Assembly (NCBI GenBank): GCA_047495785.1
Contig: JBLDXI010000017.1
Span: 2,976,001 to 3,040,000, forward strand
Direction of reading: 5' to 3'
DNA from: Lepidodermella squamata
Taxonomy: Eukaryota > Animalia > Gastrotricha
DNA length: 64,000 nucleotides
The number at the start of each line of letters is the position of its first letter. The first letter of the stretch is position 1. Both the position numbers and the translations under genes were made by a program. Under the pieces are notes generated by a model that was not told the DNA's origin, ran no database searches, and was given only the letters and a program-made list of their open reading frames with translations. Below, piece after piece: positions 11,194 to 23,879 of the stretch.

Positions 11194-14151
11194 TCAATCG
11201 TAGGAAATCTCGCTTCGAAGTTCAAAAATAGTGGCCTCGCCGGAGCTGTTAACATTGGAATTCTTCTTACACTGCAATTTTAATATCAAGCTTTCTCACC
11301 TTAGGTCCGAAAACTACGGCGATGACAATCAAGCTGATGGCTAGAGAAATTCCGGCGATTCCCAGCAGCGCTTTGGCTCCGTCATCCCGATAGAACAAGG
11401 CAACCATACCACCGAAGGCTATCAGAACCAATGTGACGCTGTAGGCGGTTGCTGATATTAAATGCAGGTCATTCACATACTCCACTGACTTCTGAGTAGA
11501 CGAAGAATCATTCCAGAAAATTATGGAATTATGACGAAAAAACAATGTTATACCTTGTGCATAAAAAATGCCAATGACAGTGCTCGAAGCAATAGAATGC
11601 CGACAAGAGCGAACAGAATGGCGAGGAAGATAGCTGATTTCCAAGTCGGTGGAACAACGCAGTAGAGCTTATAATGTTGGTAGGCGTTGTTCTCGAAATA
11701 TTCCAAAGTTGTATTCACAGAAGCAACTTGCAGCGGTTCGGTTGAGTACCAAATGATGTTGATAGCCATAGAAACTGCCGACCAACCGATCATAAATAGA
11801 AGCGAAATTCTCCGATATTTGTTCACCAACATCCAATCATTCACGTTTGATGACTTCCTATACATTGGTGGAACAGTGAGAGCGTTCGTGGTCCGCGCCT
11901 TTGTCTCGTGATAACCTGCTTTCGAAGCTGAGTTAACAAGACCTAACCCTTTCGAGTACAACACGAGAGCAGCATTCATTTTGGAAACGCATCCGCAAAG
12001 TATGATCGTGATGCCCGAATTCGCGAAAAATAATGCCGTCATACAACGGATGTTCATGTCGTAAGAGGCCTGAGAAGGTAATATATAAGAACAAAGTATG
12101 AGAGCAAAGTTTCCCATCAGGATTCCAGTATTAATTTCCGCAAAAGAGTTCCCGTATATCGAGCTATTTCTTGCCGATTGACGAAGGTGAACTATTGTAA
12201 CCGCGAGATTAACGACCATCATGAGGCTCGTAAAAGCTGTAAGAACAAAACCAGCGATGTTAGGTTGGCCTGAGACCTAATAAGATCAAACTCACCTATT
12301 AGAATTCCGCTTGAGCTGGGTTCGATTAATGAGTCTTTAATCATTATAGTTCTGAATGAATCAAACGGCGGTCGGCCTGTTTTGGTTCTCCATTTGGCCT
12401 CTCCAGGTCCTTCAACAAACCTCTTCGAACTGCTGTCATCTCCGTGAATTGTAGCTATAGCCCTGGGCCAAAGAGACGAATTCTCAACCCGCTGCATCTG
12501 ATAAAGCGCCAAGCTTCTCGACTGGTTCAAAATCCCAGTTTCTGGTGAAAATTTGAAGTCGCTGTATGTTAGGCCATTGTATTTCACTTGTGATATCTGC
12601 CTCTTGATTATTTCCTCAATCAATGAGGCATTCCGCTTGAATTTCGCCCCATTTGTTACCCAGTCTAGCAAAGTCTCATTTCCTAAACATAAAATTGGTT
12701 TAAACATTATTAGCAAAATAAGAAAAAATCACTTTCAGCAATCAAATGTTGCTGGGTTGCGTTGAGAACTAATCCTGTAAAAACCAGCTCTGTGTAGCAA
12801 TATGTCCTCCAATCCCACCATAAAGAGCTCAGCTCAGGCCTGTCGATTGTGGTTTTCAGCGCTTCCTCGTATCTTTCGGCCGTCATTCCCAATGAATCAA
12901 CAGACAGATTGGGATGGTCGTTGATTAAGGTGGAGAAGGAAAAAAATATAGTGCTTTCCAAAGCCTACGCGAGTCCACAATTTAAGATTATTTTCACTAA
13001 AATGCTCATATACTTCTTACCTCTGAGATCATCTGCTCTGTGCACCATTTTTGATAGTGATCTTTGCTGTTGGCGAGGAAAAACGCTGATCCAAGCATAA
13101 AAATAACGTAATTCGGTCCGAATAATCCGTATCGATGGAACCAGCAAGCAAACAGTGGGCCGTAATAAGTATTCGCGATGATTATTCTCGGATCCACATG
13201 AATCACTTCACGAATGACAGATTCCACATCGACTGAGAGAAAATCCATGCCTGGAAATATTACCAACTTGGCAGCCGCCTGAATACTGATATTATACGCA
13301 TTGGCCTCGCGGCTTATTATGTCTTCAACCTATTGAGAAATTAAAAACACATAAGATTATCATCTCTCAACATACCCGAGCCCAGTAATTCGATGTCTCC
13401 GATATTACAGCTATTTTTCTCCAGCCCATTCGATAAATAAACTCAAGAAGCGACGGATATGTGACTTCAAAGAAATTAGTTTGCAAGAGGAAAATATTGC
13501 TGTACAGGTTTCTGTTGTAAAATAGCTCAGGGCTTGCACTTCCAGCAGCAATCTAAACAGCTCTGGATTCATCGAAATGTCAATATAAAGAAAGAAAGTT
13601 CATCACCGCTGTCATGTGGAACCCTTTCAATACTGGTGCGGTGTATAATTGCGGGGGGCATATCGGTCCAAACATAAGCGGAACTCTACTGACTGCATCT
13701 TCGCCGGCAATCCAAGCTCGAATTATTCGCTCGACGCCAGGAACTCGATAGCACTGAGGAAAAGATGTAGAAAGGATTCGGACCTAATGATAACCGCTCA
13801 TTTTACCACATCGTCCACGAGTTCAACTTCCAGATCATATTTCGGCAAAACTTTAGCTTCTCTGAGAATATCCAAACCTAATATTATGCCTTCAGTGCAG
13901 ATCGGACCCATAGCCAAGAATGGACCATCTATTATGCGAGAAAATAGGCAATGATCAAACTCGATCGGTTCAAATATTATGTTACCGTAATTAATGGCAC
14001 CTAGAATTCTAAGCACTGGCTTTGACTGATTCCCGTGGACTGAAGTTATTCTTGACGGCATAGGGGATTTCCAGTTCAACTTAATAGCTTCACTACAACA
14101 GGATTGCTCGAACACTGCATAGCAAGTGAGAATCAGGAAAAAGAATTGCAT
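11194..14151 (-). CDS. Divergent GABA-B-like class C GPCR, copy 1 (Venus flytrap + 7TM, multi-exon)
   Basis: Signal MQFFFLILTCYAVF; VFT motifs LPKYDLEVELVD, GPIC, SASPEL, MGWRKIAVI, PRIII, GLFGPNYVIF, CTEQM; no Cys-rich domain; 7TM with IN.GIL.G, C...F..SG, GCVSK, VFGPK. The 3' end is 11194 if a 28-nt intron is spliced, otherwise 11267. Confidence 0.85.
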
Positions 14152-14235
14152 TCGAAAGAGCGTCATAGAAACTTTCACAAGACACTCATAAATTTTTATT
14201 ATCGAAGCCTTCATATCTAATGGGCAATCGGCGCT

Positions 14236-17200
14236 AAATCACGTTCGAGTGACTCGAACATTCTAGCAAGTACTTATATTCATATCAAATTTCGACGCAA
14301 AACATCAGTGGCTATGGACTAGATAAAATGAAAAATTTAGTTCAGCTCGATGGACTACGATGGACTACGATCTAGCAAACAGTCAGCTCTTGGGTCAAAG
14401 ATAATATCCGCGCCGAAACTATAAGAATAAAATGAGCTTAATATAGCGAATACTGCTATAATTATTGTCATACTCATACCTTTGGAACAAATATGATTCC
14501 CAGAGTCATGGCTACCACTGTCATTGAGGTGACATTAATCCCTATTTCGATGATAGTGCCATCGTGGCGAAAGAATCCAACGAGTAGGGCATTCGCTGCT
14601 ACTACGACAATTGTTATGCAATACGCCGCCGTTGAAACCAGCTGCAGATCGTTTACTTGTTCAACTGTTTTCTACATGGAAAAAACTCGAAATTGCATTA
14701 ATCTTTTATGGCTGTAGTACTCACATCTCGCATGAAAAATGCAGTCAACAACGCCCGAAGAAACATAAGAACATAAGCCGCCCCAATGAGCCCTATGATG
14801 ATAAGCGATTCCGCGGTCTGAGCAACCGCGCAAACCTGGGTGTAGCGCTGATATTGAACACTGACGTCGCTTTCCGAAGAATCGAGCGAAACATTCACAA
14901 GCCGAACTTGCAAAGGCTGAACAGCGTGCCAGGCTACGGTGCAAGTCAACATCATCGTGGGAGCCGTACAGCTATAAACGATCAGCTTCTTTTTGTACGC
15001 TTCGATTCTCTGAACTTCTGCTGTATTGATGGGCCTCTTAACCGGGTGACCAGCAGCATTTGTAACCATCCTTGTGTGATCATATGTCCCATCGGTTGTG
15101 GTGAAACGACTGTGAAGTATTCTTATATGGATCCATATCGCCCCATTCATTTTGATCAGAAGTGCAGCGACGACGTTGACTAATCCGAAGTTGAGGAACG
15201 CATATGTGAACATGCATCGCAGTTCAGTGACGTCTGAATATTCCCCCGGCATAATGAAGACACTCAGGACTAGCAACAAATTACCCCACAACACTTGCAA
15301 ATTTTGATATGGCAGAGAGTCCATCACCTGAGGATTTTTCTGATAAATGCGTCGGCAATGCAATACCATGATGCCCAGCGTCGATAGAAGTAAAATCGCT
15401 GCAAATGCTAATAGAACATAATATTATTTTATTTCTAATTGCCAAGTTCTTCCTATATCCTATATTCTATAACGTACCTAATAATACTCCACGAGTCGTA
15501 GGATCCAGCACATCGGTTCGAACAATGAAAGTTCGCAAAGAATCAAAAGGTGGCCGGCCGAATTTCGTTCTCCAAACTAAATTTCCGGGACCCTCAACGC
15601 ATTTCCAACTACTGCCAAGAATTGAGGGCTGTTCAACGCAAGATGCAACCGGAACCATTTCGATCGAAGATTGCGATTCGATGCGTCGCACCTGATAGAA
15701 TTCAGGCAACCTATCTTGTAGGCTGGTTTCGGTCTGCCGGTCGAAGGTTAAATTCGGTCCTAACATGCTAGAATACCGTAATTCGAAAACATTGTTCCTG
15801 ATTATTCGTTCAATAACATGGCCAAATTGACGAAATTTTTGTGAGCTTGTTATCCAGTCTATCAAACTTTCGTTTCCTGAAAAAAATGCGAATTATAAAA
15901 ATGGATGAAACGGAATTGACTGATATACTGGCTCGGTTAAGGTAGGATTCAGTCGAGTTCAGAATCAGCCCGGCAGTTATTATTTGATCGTAGCAATGGG
16001 TCCTCCAATCCCACCACAATGCGTTCTGCTCAGGATTGTGGATAGCCGATCTGAGCTTGCCATCGAACATATTTGCCGTCATGCCCAACGAATCTACTGC
16101 CTTCTTCGGGTCGATGTTATTTGTTGAAGAAAATGAGAATATTATGGTGCTTTCTAGTATCTGTAAAAATGGGATCAATAATGATAGAGTGGCGAAACGA
16201 ATCTCACGTCAAGTAGCATTGCTTCGGTACACCAGCTTTGTTCGTGGCTCTTCTCGTTCGGGTAGAAGGTTCCGACACCAAAGACTAAAAATACGTAACT
16301 CGGTCCGAAAATATTGTATCGGTGAAACCAGCAAGCCGCGAGTGACGTTTGATAAGTATTTAATATGAAAATTCTCGCGTTGAAAACTTGAATCTGCTTA
16401 ACCACAGATTCAACGTCCATCTCGGCAACCGGCATTCCAGCATAAACTAATATTTTTGAGACCCCAACGATTGAAATATTTCGGGCTATCATATCGCGGG
16501 ATAAAGAATCTTCAATCTTGGGTATAAAAGCAAGACATTTCTCAAAAATTGATCATTACCTAACAATTAGCTACACTTGCCTCTTGCCAGTATGAGTTTG
16601 TTTCCGAAAAAATTGCGACCTTCCTCCATCCCATCGAATAGATAAATTCCACGAGAGCTGCGTAAACCCTAGTGCTCGGCGGGCTCAATATGAAAAGATT
16701 GCGGTAAATATTTCGCCTCCAATAAACATCGGGGTTGGTGGTAATAGCTGAAATCTGATTAAGAGTTTATAAGTGAGAATAGTTAAGGATCCTTTATCGC
16801 GACCTACCCCAACCATATTATAATACTGAATCATCTGCCCGGTATACAAGTGAAGCGGACAAATAGGGCCAGCCATCAGCGGAACACGATCAGCAGCTTC
16901 TTCATTTCTAATAAGGCTTCGAACAACTATCTCCACACCTGGGTATCGGTAGCACTAAAATTAGTAAATTTGAGAGTTTTAATATAGGTTTCTTTATCGC
17001 TTAAAAACCGTATCGTTGAGTGGCTCGACAACGACAAGGTATCCGGGTAACACATTAGCCTCCGCTAGGACGTCAAGTGCGATTCGCATGGCTTCGGTGC
17101 ACAACGGTCCCATTGAGTAGACGGGCCCGGCTGAATTTGAATTGTAAGGAAAATCGTCAAAATTACCCAATTTGCAAAGATTTTACCGTAGTTTATGGAA

Positions 17201-17695
17201 GCAAGAATGCTGAGTCTCGGTTTGCTTTGATTTGAGCTTTGTTTAGATGAAATAAAGTGGGGCATGGGTGAGTTCCAGGTGAGCTTCGGAGGTTGCGCAT
17301 AAACAGTTGGTGCCGAAGTCACCAGCAAGATCCACGCCAATCGAATCATTGCAGTTACTTATCTGCCAGCGAATTTAGTTATAACCTATTTTCTCCAGCT
17401 AGCTTTTCTTCCTCAAAACACTATATATAATACTAATCAACCAATGATTCAGATCGCACCTACGATTTATTACGCTCAACTTCGCTTCTCTTACTGTTGG
17501 AAAACTTCTCGAGTTACCATAATGTCATTATAACGTGGCAAAATGATCCTCCTGCGAACTCACGGGGTGAGGGGAACACGTTTTTGACCTTCATCACATC
17601 GCATCTGTGTTTAATTAGGCTGCCTGACGTTCGGTTGACAAAATTTGCATGAAAGTTCCATCGAATATTGAAATGACAAGTGATGTCGTTGTATC
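14236..17695. repeat. ~3.5 kb duplicated unit A (gene plus flanks), paralogous to 20367-23879
   Basis: Shared non-coding ends: AAATCACG(T/C)TCGA... at 14236 and 20367; GACAAGTGATGTCGTTGTATC ending at 17695 and 23879. Confidence 0.9.
14395..17349 (-). CDS. Divergent GABA-B-like class C GPCR, copy 2
   Basis: Same exon layout as copy 1. The exons I checked splice in frame, including one GC-AG intron (16517-16580). Ends IFVPK|FRRGYYL*. Confidence 0.85.
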
Positions 17696-18238
17696 AGTTG
17701 GATAAGCAACTTCAAAGAAATTAGTTGGCAAATGTTGTTGTTAAGATTTCTGTTGTAAAATAGCTCAGGACTGCCAGAAGCGATATACGCACATTGACCT
17801 CGACCAAAAATTGCGAGAGCATAGCAGAGAGAGCCAATAAGAACAAGAAATTAATTTGAATTAACTTATGGCTTTTACAATCCAGGCTTTTAATGGACGC
17901 TAAATCAAGTTCCAACGACTGAATTATTTTATAGCCAAGCCCACTCCAAACAGTCCTATGACCAAGAGAGTTTACTTTGAAATCAAACAGCTGCTTTATT
18001 TCCGAAATTCGTCGATGGCGAGGCTGCCCGACGTTCAATACTGCCTAGGTGGACAAAGTAGGGGCCCGCAAGGCCCGTGATGAAGCTAAACTCACTCGCC
18101 TTGAAGAAAAGCCTGCATTGCCCGACGCCAAGCCTCCTCAAGCTATGGCGCCGACCAAGCTTTCGTCTTGGCCAACCCAGACCGGCACCATGCTCGATGA
18201 ACAACGATGGGAAATCGCGTTCATCCTTGTTCATTAAA

Positions 18239-18994
18239 ATAAAGTATGCGTAATATTTTTTTTGCATCGCATTTTTTCAATAACTTTTCAACCATGAGGA
18301 ATGTTTTAAAGTGGTTTTCACCAGTCGATAGATCTAGTCTGCGGTAAACTTTCCTCAAATTTTCATTTGAATTGGGTGCGAGAGAAAAACTTGGTGACGA
18401 AAATTCTGTCCGCGATTTTTATTGAATATTCTCATTTTTGAAAAATGGCATTTTACAGGATGTGAGGTTGGAAGACATCATCATGTTGAAAGGCTTTATC
18501 GGAATTTTTTTTAGCAGGGAATTAGGTCAATAACGCGCCGTCAACAAGGAAATTCGACTCAGCGGCCACAAAGAAGGTCTTATCCACCAAACGCGATCCG
18601 AAATGAATTTTCGGAATTGTTTGAATGATTTGTGCCAATTTTATGAAGCCTTCAGTTTTGGATAGTTGTACAATGTTTTTTCAGAAATCTGTGACGTAGA
18701 TCCATTACGGACCATCCTCTCAAAAAAACTTGAAGCCTCTGGCAAGAGAGACAATCAATTCAGACCAAATAAGATGCAAAAATAGCATTTTTCAAAAATG
18801 AGAATATTCAATAAAAATCGCGGACAGAATTTTCGTCACCAATTTTTTCTCTCGCACCCAATTCAAATGAAAATTTGAGGAAAGTTTACCGCAGACTAGA
18901 TCTATCGACTGGTGAAAACCACTTTAAAACATTCCTCATGGTTGAAAAGTTATTGAAAAAATGCGATGCAAAAAAAATATTACGCATACTTTAT
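18239..18994. mobile_element. Non-autonomous DNA transposon (MITE/foldback) with ~209-bp terminal inverted repeats, TA-flanked
   Basis: 18239-18447 is an almost perfect reverse complement of 18786-18994. TA at 18240-41 and 18992-93. The ~340-bp core has no ORF. Confidence 0.9.
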
Positions 18995-19221
18995 GAGGTG
19001 TCCATGTTTAGCGATCGGATCGACAAGCTCGAAAGCGCGCTTACTTAGCTCACTCTGCTGGTTCGTTCGATTCTGCTGACTCAGCGCCAGACATCAGCAG
19101 CTGCTTCCTCAAGCAATCAACCTGGACAATGTGAACTGTGAATGGGCTAGTTTCTGCGGTGGTAATGATAAAAGAGGAAATGTATGCATTTTGGTACTCC
19201 TTAGATCTCTTTTAGCCACTG

Positions 19222-19381
19222 CCCGTAGCAACAATTGCAACTTGTTTCATTAATTGTGCAAATTTTTTGAAGAAAACAAGAAACAACTACATGCAAAAGG
19301 TTCGGCGAAAAATTTTGTTTCCTGCGTTTTCTTCAAAAAATTTGCATAATTAATGAAACAAGTTGCAATTGTTGCTACGGG
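19222..19381. mobile_element. Small MITE-like inverted repeat (~55-60 bp arms)
   Basis: CCCGTAGCAACAATTGCAACTTGTTTCATTAATT... is mirrored by ...AATTAATGAAACAAGTTGCAATTGTTGCTACGGG. Confidence 0.8.
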
Positions 19382-19883
19382 TGTTGCTTTTAGTATTATT
19401 ATTATCAAAACCTCCTTAACCTCGATCTTTCATCTCGGATACGCGTTCTTTTGATATGATCGTGCTTGGGGCCGTGAAAAAGTTCTGTTCGGCAACGCCC
19501 ATGGCGGGTCGGCGATCCTAGTTCACGAGAGGGCAGTCGCCATGCCGGAGCGCATGGCCTATGACCCATATATGGTCATAAGCGCGGTGAATGGCTGCGC
19601 CTTGGCATAATCCCTAACTGACATTTTGGTGTTTTCCGTGTTCTTACACGTTACTGACCTCCTGCGTCTAGCCTTGACCTATCGCTGGTTTGAAGAGTTC
19701 CAAGAAGCGGCCTCAATGAGCCAATTGATAGTATTTGCCAATCGACTAGGGATGGGCTAGGGAACTGGGAGCTTGAGGATTGTCAGCATTTGACCTTGTG
19801 TCGTCACTCAAAGACACCAGAAGCCGAAATCTGCTCAAAAAGAGTTGGTGGATATTCAAGTTTGAGAAAAGTGTTTCGAAGGT

Positions 19884-19951
19884 AACCGGATATAAACCGG
19901 ATAAACCGATAAACCGGATATACCGGATAAACCGAAGTTATGAACCGGATA
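19884..19951. repeat. Degenerate minisatellite (AAACCGGAT)n
   Basis: About 7 imperfect copies of A(A)ACCGGAT(AT). Confidence 0.85.
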
Positions 19952-20366
19952 TTGAATATAATATCGTCGTACGCACGCCAAATAGTCGTATGTCCAAGAG
20001 GAAATATTTTGAGATTAATCAATACCGCTTTATTATTTTCGAAATTCTCACCAAAATATGTCACTGATGCAAAACTAGGGTTAGTCAATCACGACAGATC
20101 GAATGGCACCGGCCATTCGGACTGATGTTGCATCGTTATCACGCAATCAGTTGCAGATAGGAACACAGCCTGCGCCGTGTGCGCCGTCCCGTCTCCCATC
20201 CGCCACCTGTCAACCCGGAGGTCCGCAATCAGTTCATGTCGCCCGATGGGGCCCGCCTGTTCCAATTCATGCGAAAAGTCGAGTTTTCGAAACTGTAAAA
20301 ATCTAATTTTGGATTTTGGATGGACATAGGACTATTTGGAGTACGAACAACGAATACATCCAAATC

Positions 20367-23300
20367 AAATCACGCTCGACTGACGCAATCATTCTAGCAA
20401 ATATCAAAGACAAAGCAAAGATCGACGCACAACATTAGTGCCAATGGACTAGAAGAACATGAAAAGTTAGTTCAACCCGGTGAGCTGTGGTGTTATTCAT
20501 TGCAAGCTGTCGGCACTTGTTCCGTGACTCAAAGATAACATCCGCGCCGAAACTAAAAATAAATGGAGCTTAATAGCGAATACTACTTGAAAAATGTCAT
20601 TCTTGTACCTTTGGAGCAAATATGATTCCCAGCGTCATTGCTACGACTGTCATTGAGGTGACGCTAACTCCTATTTCGATAATAGTGCCATCGTGGCGAA
20701 AGAATCCAATGAGTACGGCACTCGCTGCAACTGCGATGATAGTTATGCAATACGCCGCTGTTGAAACCAGCTGCAGATCATTAACTTGTTCAACTGTTTT
20801 CTGGGAGGGAAAACCCCGAAGTTATATGAATCTTTTATGGTTATATTACTCACTTTTCGCAAGAAAAACGCCGTCAACAAAGCCCGAAGAAACATAAGGA
20901 CATACGCTGCCCCAATGAGGCCTATGATGATAAGCGATTCCGTGGTCTGAGCAACCGCGCAAACCTGGGTGTAGCGCTGATATTGAACACTGACGTCGCT
21001 TTCCGAAGAATCAAGTGAAACATTCAGGGGTCGAACTTGCAAAGGCTGAACAGCGTTCCATGTTACGGTGGAAATCAACATCAGCGTGGGAGCCGTACAG
21101 CTATAAACCATCAGCTTCTTTTTGTACGCTTTGATTTTCTGAGCTTCTTTAGCATTGATAGACTTCGTTCTGTACGCCTTAATTCTCTGAGCTTCTTCTG
21201 CATAGACGGAGTTCTTCTTAACCAGGTGACCAGCAGCATTTGCAACTACCCGTTTATGATCGAAATTCCCATCGGCGGCAGCGAACAAGCTGCCCTGAAG
21301 TATTCCTATGTGGATCCAAATCGCTCCATTCATTTTGATCAAAAGGGCAGCGACGACGTTGACTAATCCGAAGTTGAGGAAAGCATATGGGAGCATACAT
21401 CGTAGCTCCGAGACGTCTGAATATTTTCCCGGCATTACGAAGATGCCCAGCACAAGCAACAAATTACCCAACAGCACTTGCAAATTTTGATATGGCAGAG
21501 AGTTCATCACCTCCAGGTTTCTCTGATAAATGCGAAAGAGATGCAATACTAAAGTTCCCAACGTCGCAATCATCAAAATTGCTGCAAATGCTATCAGAAA
21601 ATGTATTTGTAATTTCAAGTTCTTCCAATTCAACAACTTACCCAGTAGAACTCCACGAGTAGTTGGATCCAGCACGTCAATTCGAACAATGAAAGTTCGC
21701 AAAGAATCAAAAGGTGGCCGGCCGAATTTCGTTCTCCACACTAAATTTCCAGGTCCATCAACGCACTTCCAACTACTGCCAAGAATTGAGGGCTGTTCAA
21801 CGCAAGATGCCACCGGAACCATTTCAATCGAAGACGACAATTTAACGCGTCGCACCTGATAGAATTCAGGCAACCTATCTTGTAGGCTGATTTCAGTCTG
21901 CCGGTCGAAGGTTATATTCGCTCCTAACATGCTAGAATACCGTAATTCGAAAACTTTGTCCCTGATTATTCGTTCGATGACATGGCCAAATTGACGAAAT
22001 TTTTGTGAGCTTGTTACCCAGTCTATCAAGCTCTCGTTTCCTAGAAGCACAAATTTTATATAATTTATTCAACGGAATATTAGACTGATATACTGGCTCG
22101 GTTAAGGTAGGATTCAGTGGAGTTCAGAATCAGCCCAGCAGTTATTATTTGGTCGTAGCAATGGGTCCTCCAATCCCACCACAATGCGTTCTGCTCAGGG
22201 TTAAGGATAGCCGATCTGAGTTTGTCATCGAACACATTTGCAGTCATGCCCAACGAATCTACAGCCTCCTTCGGGTCGATGTTATTTGTTGAAGAAAATG
22301 AGAATATTATGGTGCTTTCTAGTATCTGTAAAAATGGGATCAATGATAGGGTAGTATAGTGATAGGGTGGATTCTCAAGATTCTCACGTCAAGCAGCATT
22401 GCTTCGGTACACCAGCTCTTTTCATGGCTCTTATCGTTTGGGTAAAAGAGCCCGGCACCAAAGATTAAAAATACATAACTCGGTCCGAAAATATTGTATC
22501 GGTGAAACCAGCAAGCCACGAGTGAAGTTTGGTAAGTATTCAATATGAAAATTCTCGCGTTGAAAACTTGAATCTGCTTAACCACAGATTCAACATCTCT
22601 TTCGGCGATCGGCATTCCGGAGTAAACTACTAGCTTGGAAATTCCGACAATTGAAATATTTTTGGCACTCATATCACGTGATAACGTGTCTTCAATCTGC
22701 AGCATTCAAGGGAAATGCATAAAAATAGAATATGGGCTCAATAAATCTTGCCTCTTGCCAATATGTGTTTGATTCCGAGAAAATCGCGACCTTCCTCCAT
22801 CCCATCGTATAGATAAATTCCACGAGAGCTGCGTAAACCCTTGTGCTCGGCGGGCTCAATACAAAAATATTACGGTAAAGATTTCGCTTCGAATAGACAT
22901 CAGCGTAGCTGGTAATGGCTGCAATCTATTGAAACGGGGTATTGGTAATAGTGAGCAATGGTTAATGGTAGATCGTTTTGGTGACCTACCCCAACCATAT
23001 TGTAATACTGAATCATCTGCCCGGTATACTGGTGAAGAGGACAAAAGGGCCCAGCCATCAGCGGAACGCGATTAGCAGCTTCTTCATTTCTATTAAGGCT
23101 TCGAACAACCAATGCCACACCAGGTGATCGGAAGCACTAAGATAAATTGAAGCATGCGCATACATATATGGTTCTTTTTCGGGTTTTTTATTACCGTATC
23201 GTTAAGCGGCTCAACAACCAATTGGTACTCGGGTAAAACATTAGCCTCCTTAAGAACGTCGAGCGCGATTTGCATTGCTTCGGTGCATATCGGTCCCAGT

Positions 23301-23879
23301 GAATTCAGGGGGCCGGCTGGATTTCATTAAAACGCTCATTAAAACAGTCAATTAAACGGGATATGTTCAACGGGTTTACCGTAGTTTATCGAAGCAAGAA
23401 TGCTGAGCCTCGGTTTGCTTTGATTTGAGCTTTGTTTCCATGAAATATAACGTGGCATGGGGGAGTTTAAGTTGAGCTTTGAAGGTTGCCCATAAACAGC
23501 AGCCAACATCACAAGCAACGTTAAAGCCAATCGAATCATAGCAATTATCAGCCAGCGAATTTAGTTATGGCCTATATTGTCCAGCTAGCTTTTTGTCCAA
23601 AATATAGGTAATACTAATCAACCGATGATTCAGATCGCACCTGCGAATTATCACGCTCAAAACTTCGTTTCACTTGCTGTTCGGACATTCTTCAATAATA
23701 ATAACATAATAATGAGGGAAAATGATCCTCCCTCGAATTTACGTGGTGAAAGGGAACACGTTTTCGCTCTTCATCACATTGCTTCCATGGCTAATTATTA
23801 TACTGCCCGACGTTCGTTTGGCAAATGTTGCATGCAAGTGCCTTCGAATTTTTAAAACGACAAGTGATGTCGTTGTATC
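20367..23879. repeat. ~3.5 kb duplicated unit B
   Basis: Colinear with 14236-17695 across exons and both flanks. Confidence 0.9.
20529..23539 (-). CDS. Divergent GABA-B-like class C GPCR, copy 3
   Basis: Close paralog of copy 2; GC-AG intron 22697-22751; ends IFAPK|FRRGCYL*. Confidence 0.85.
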
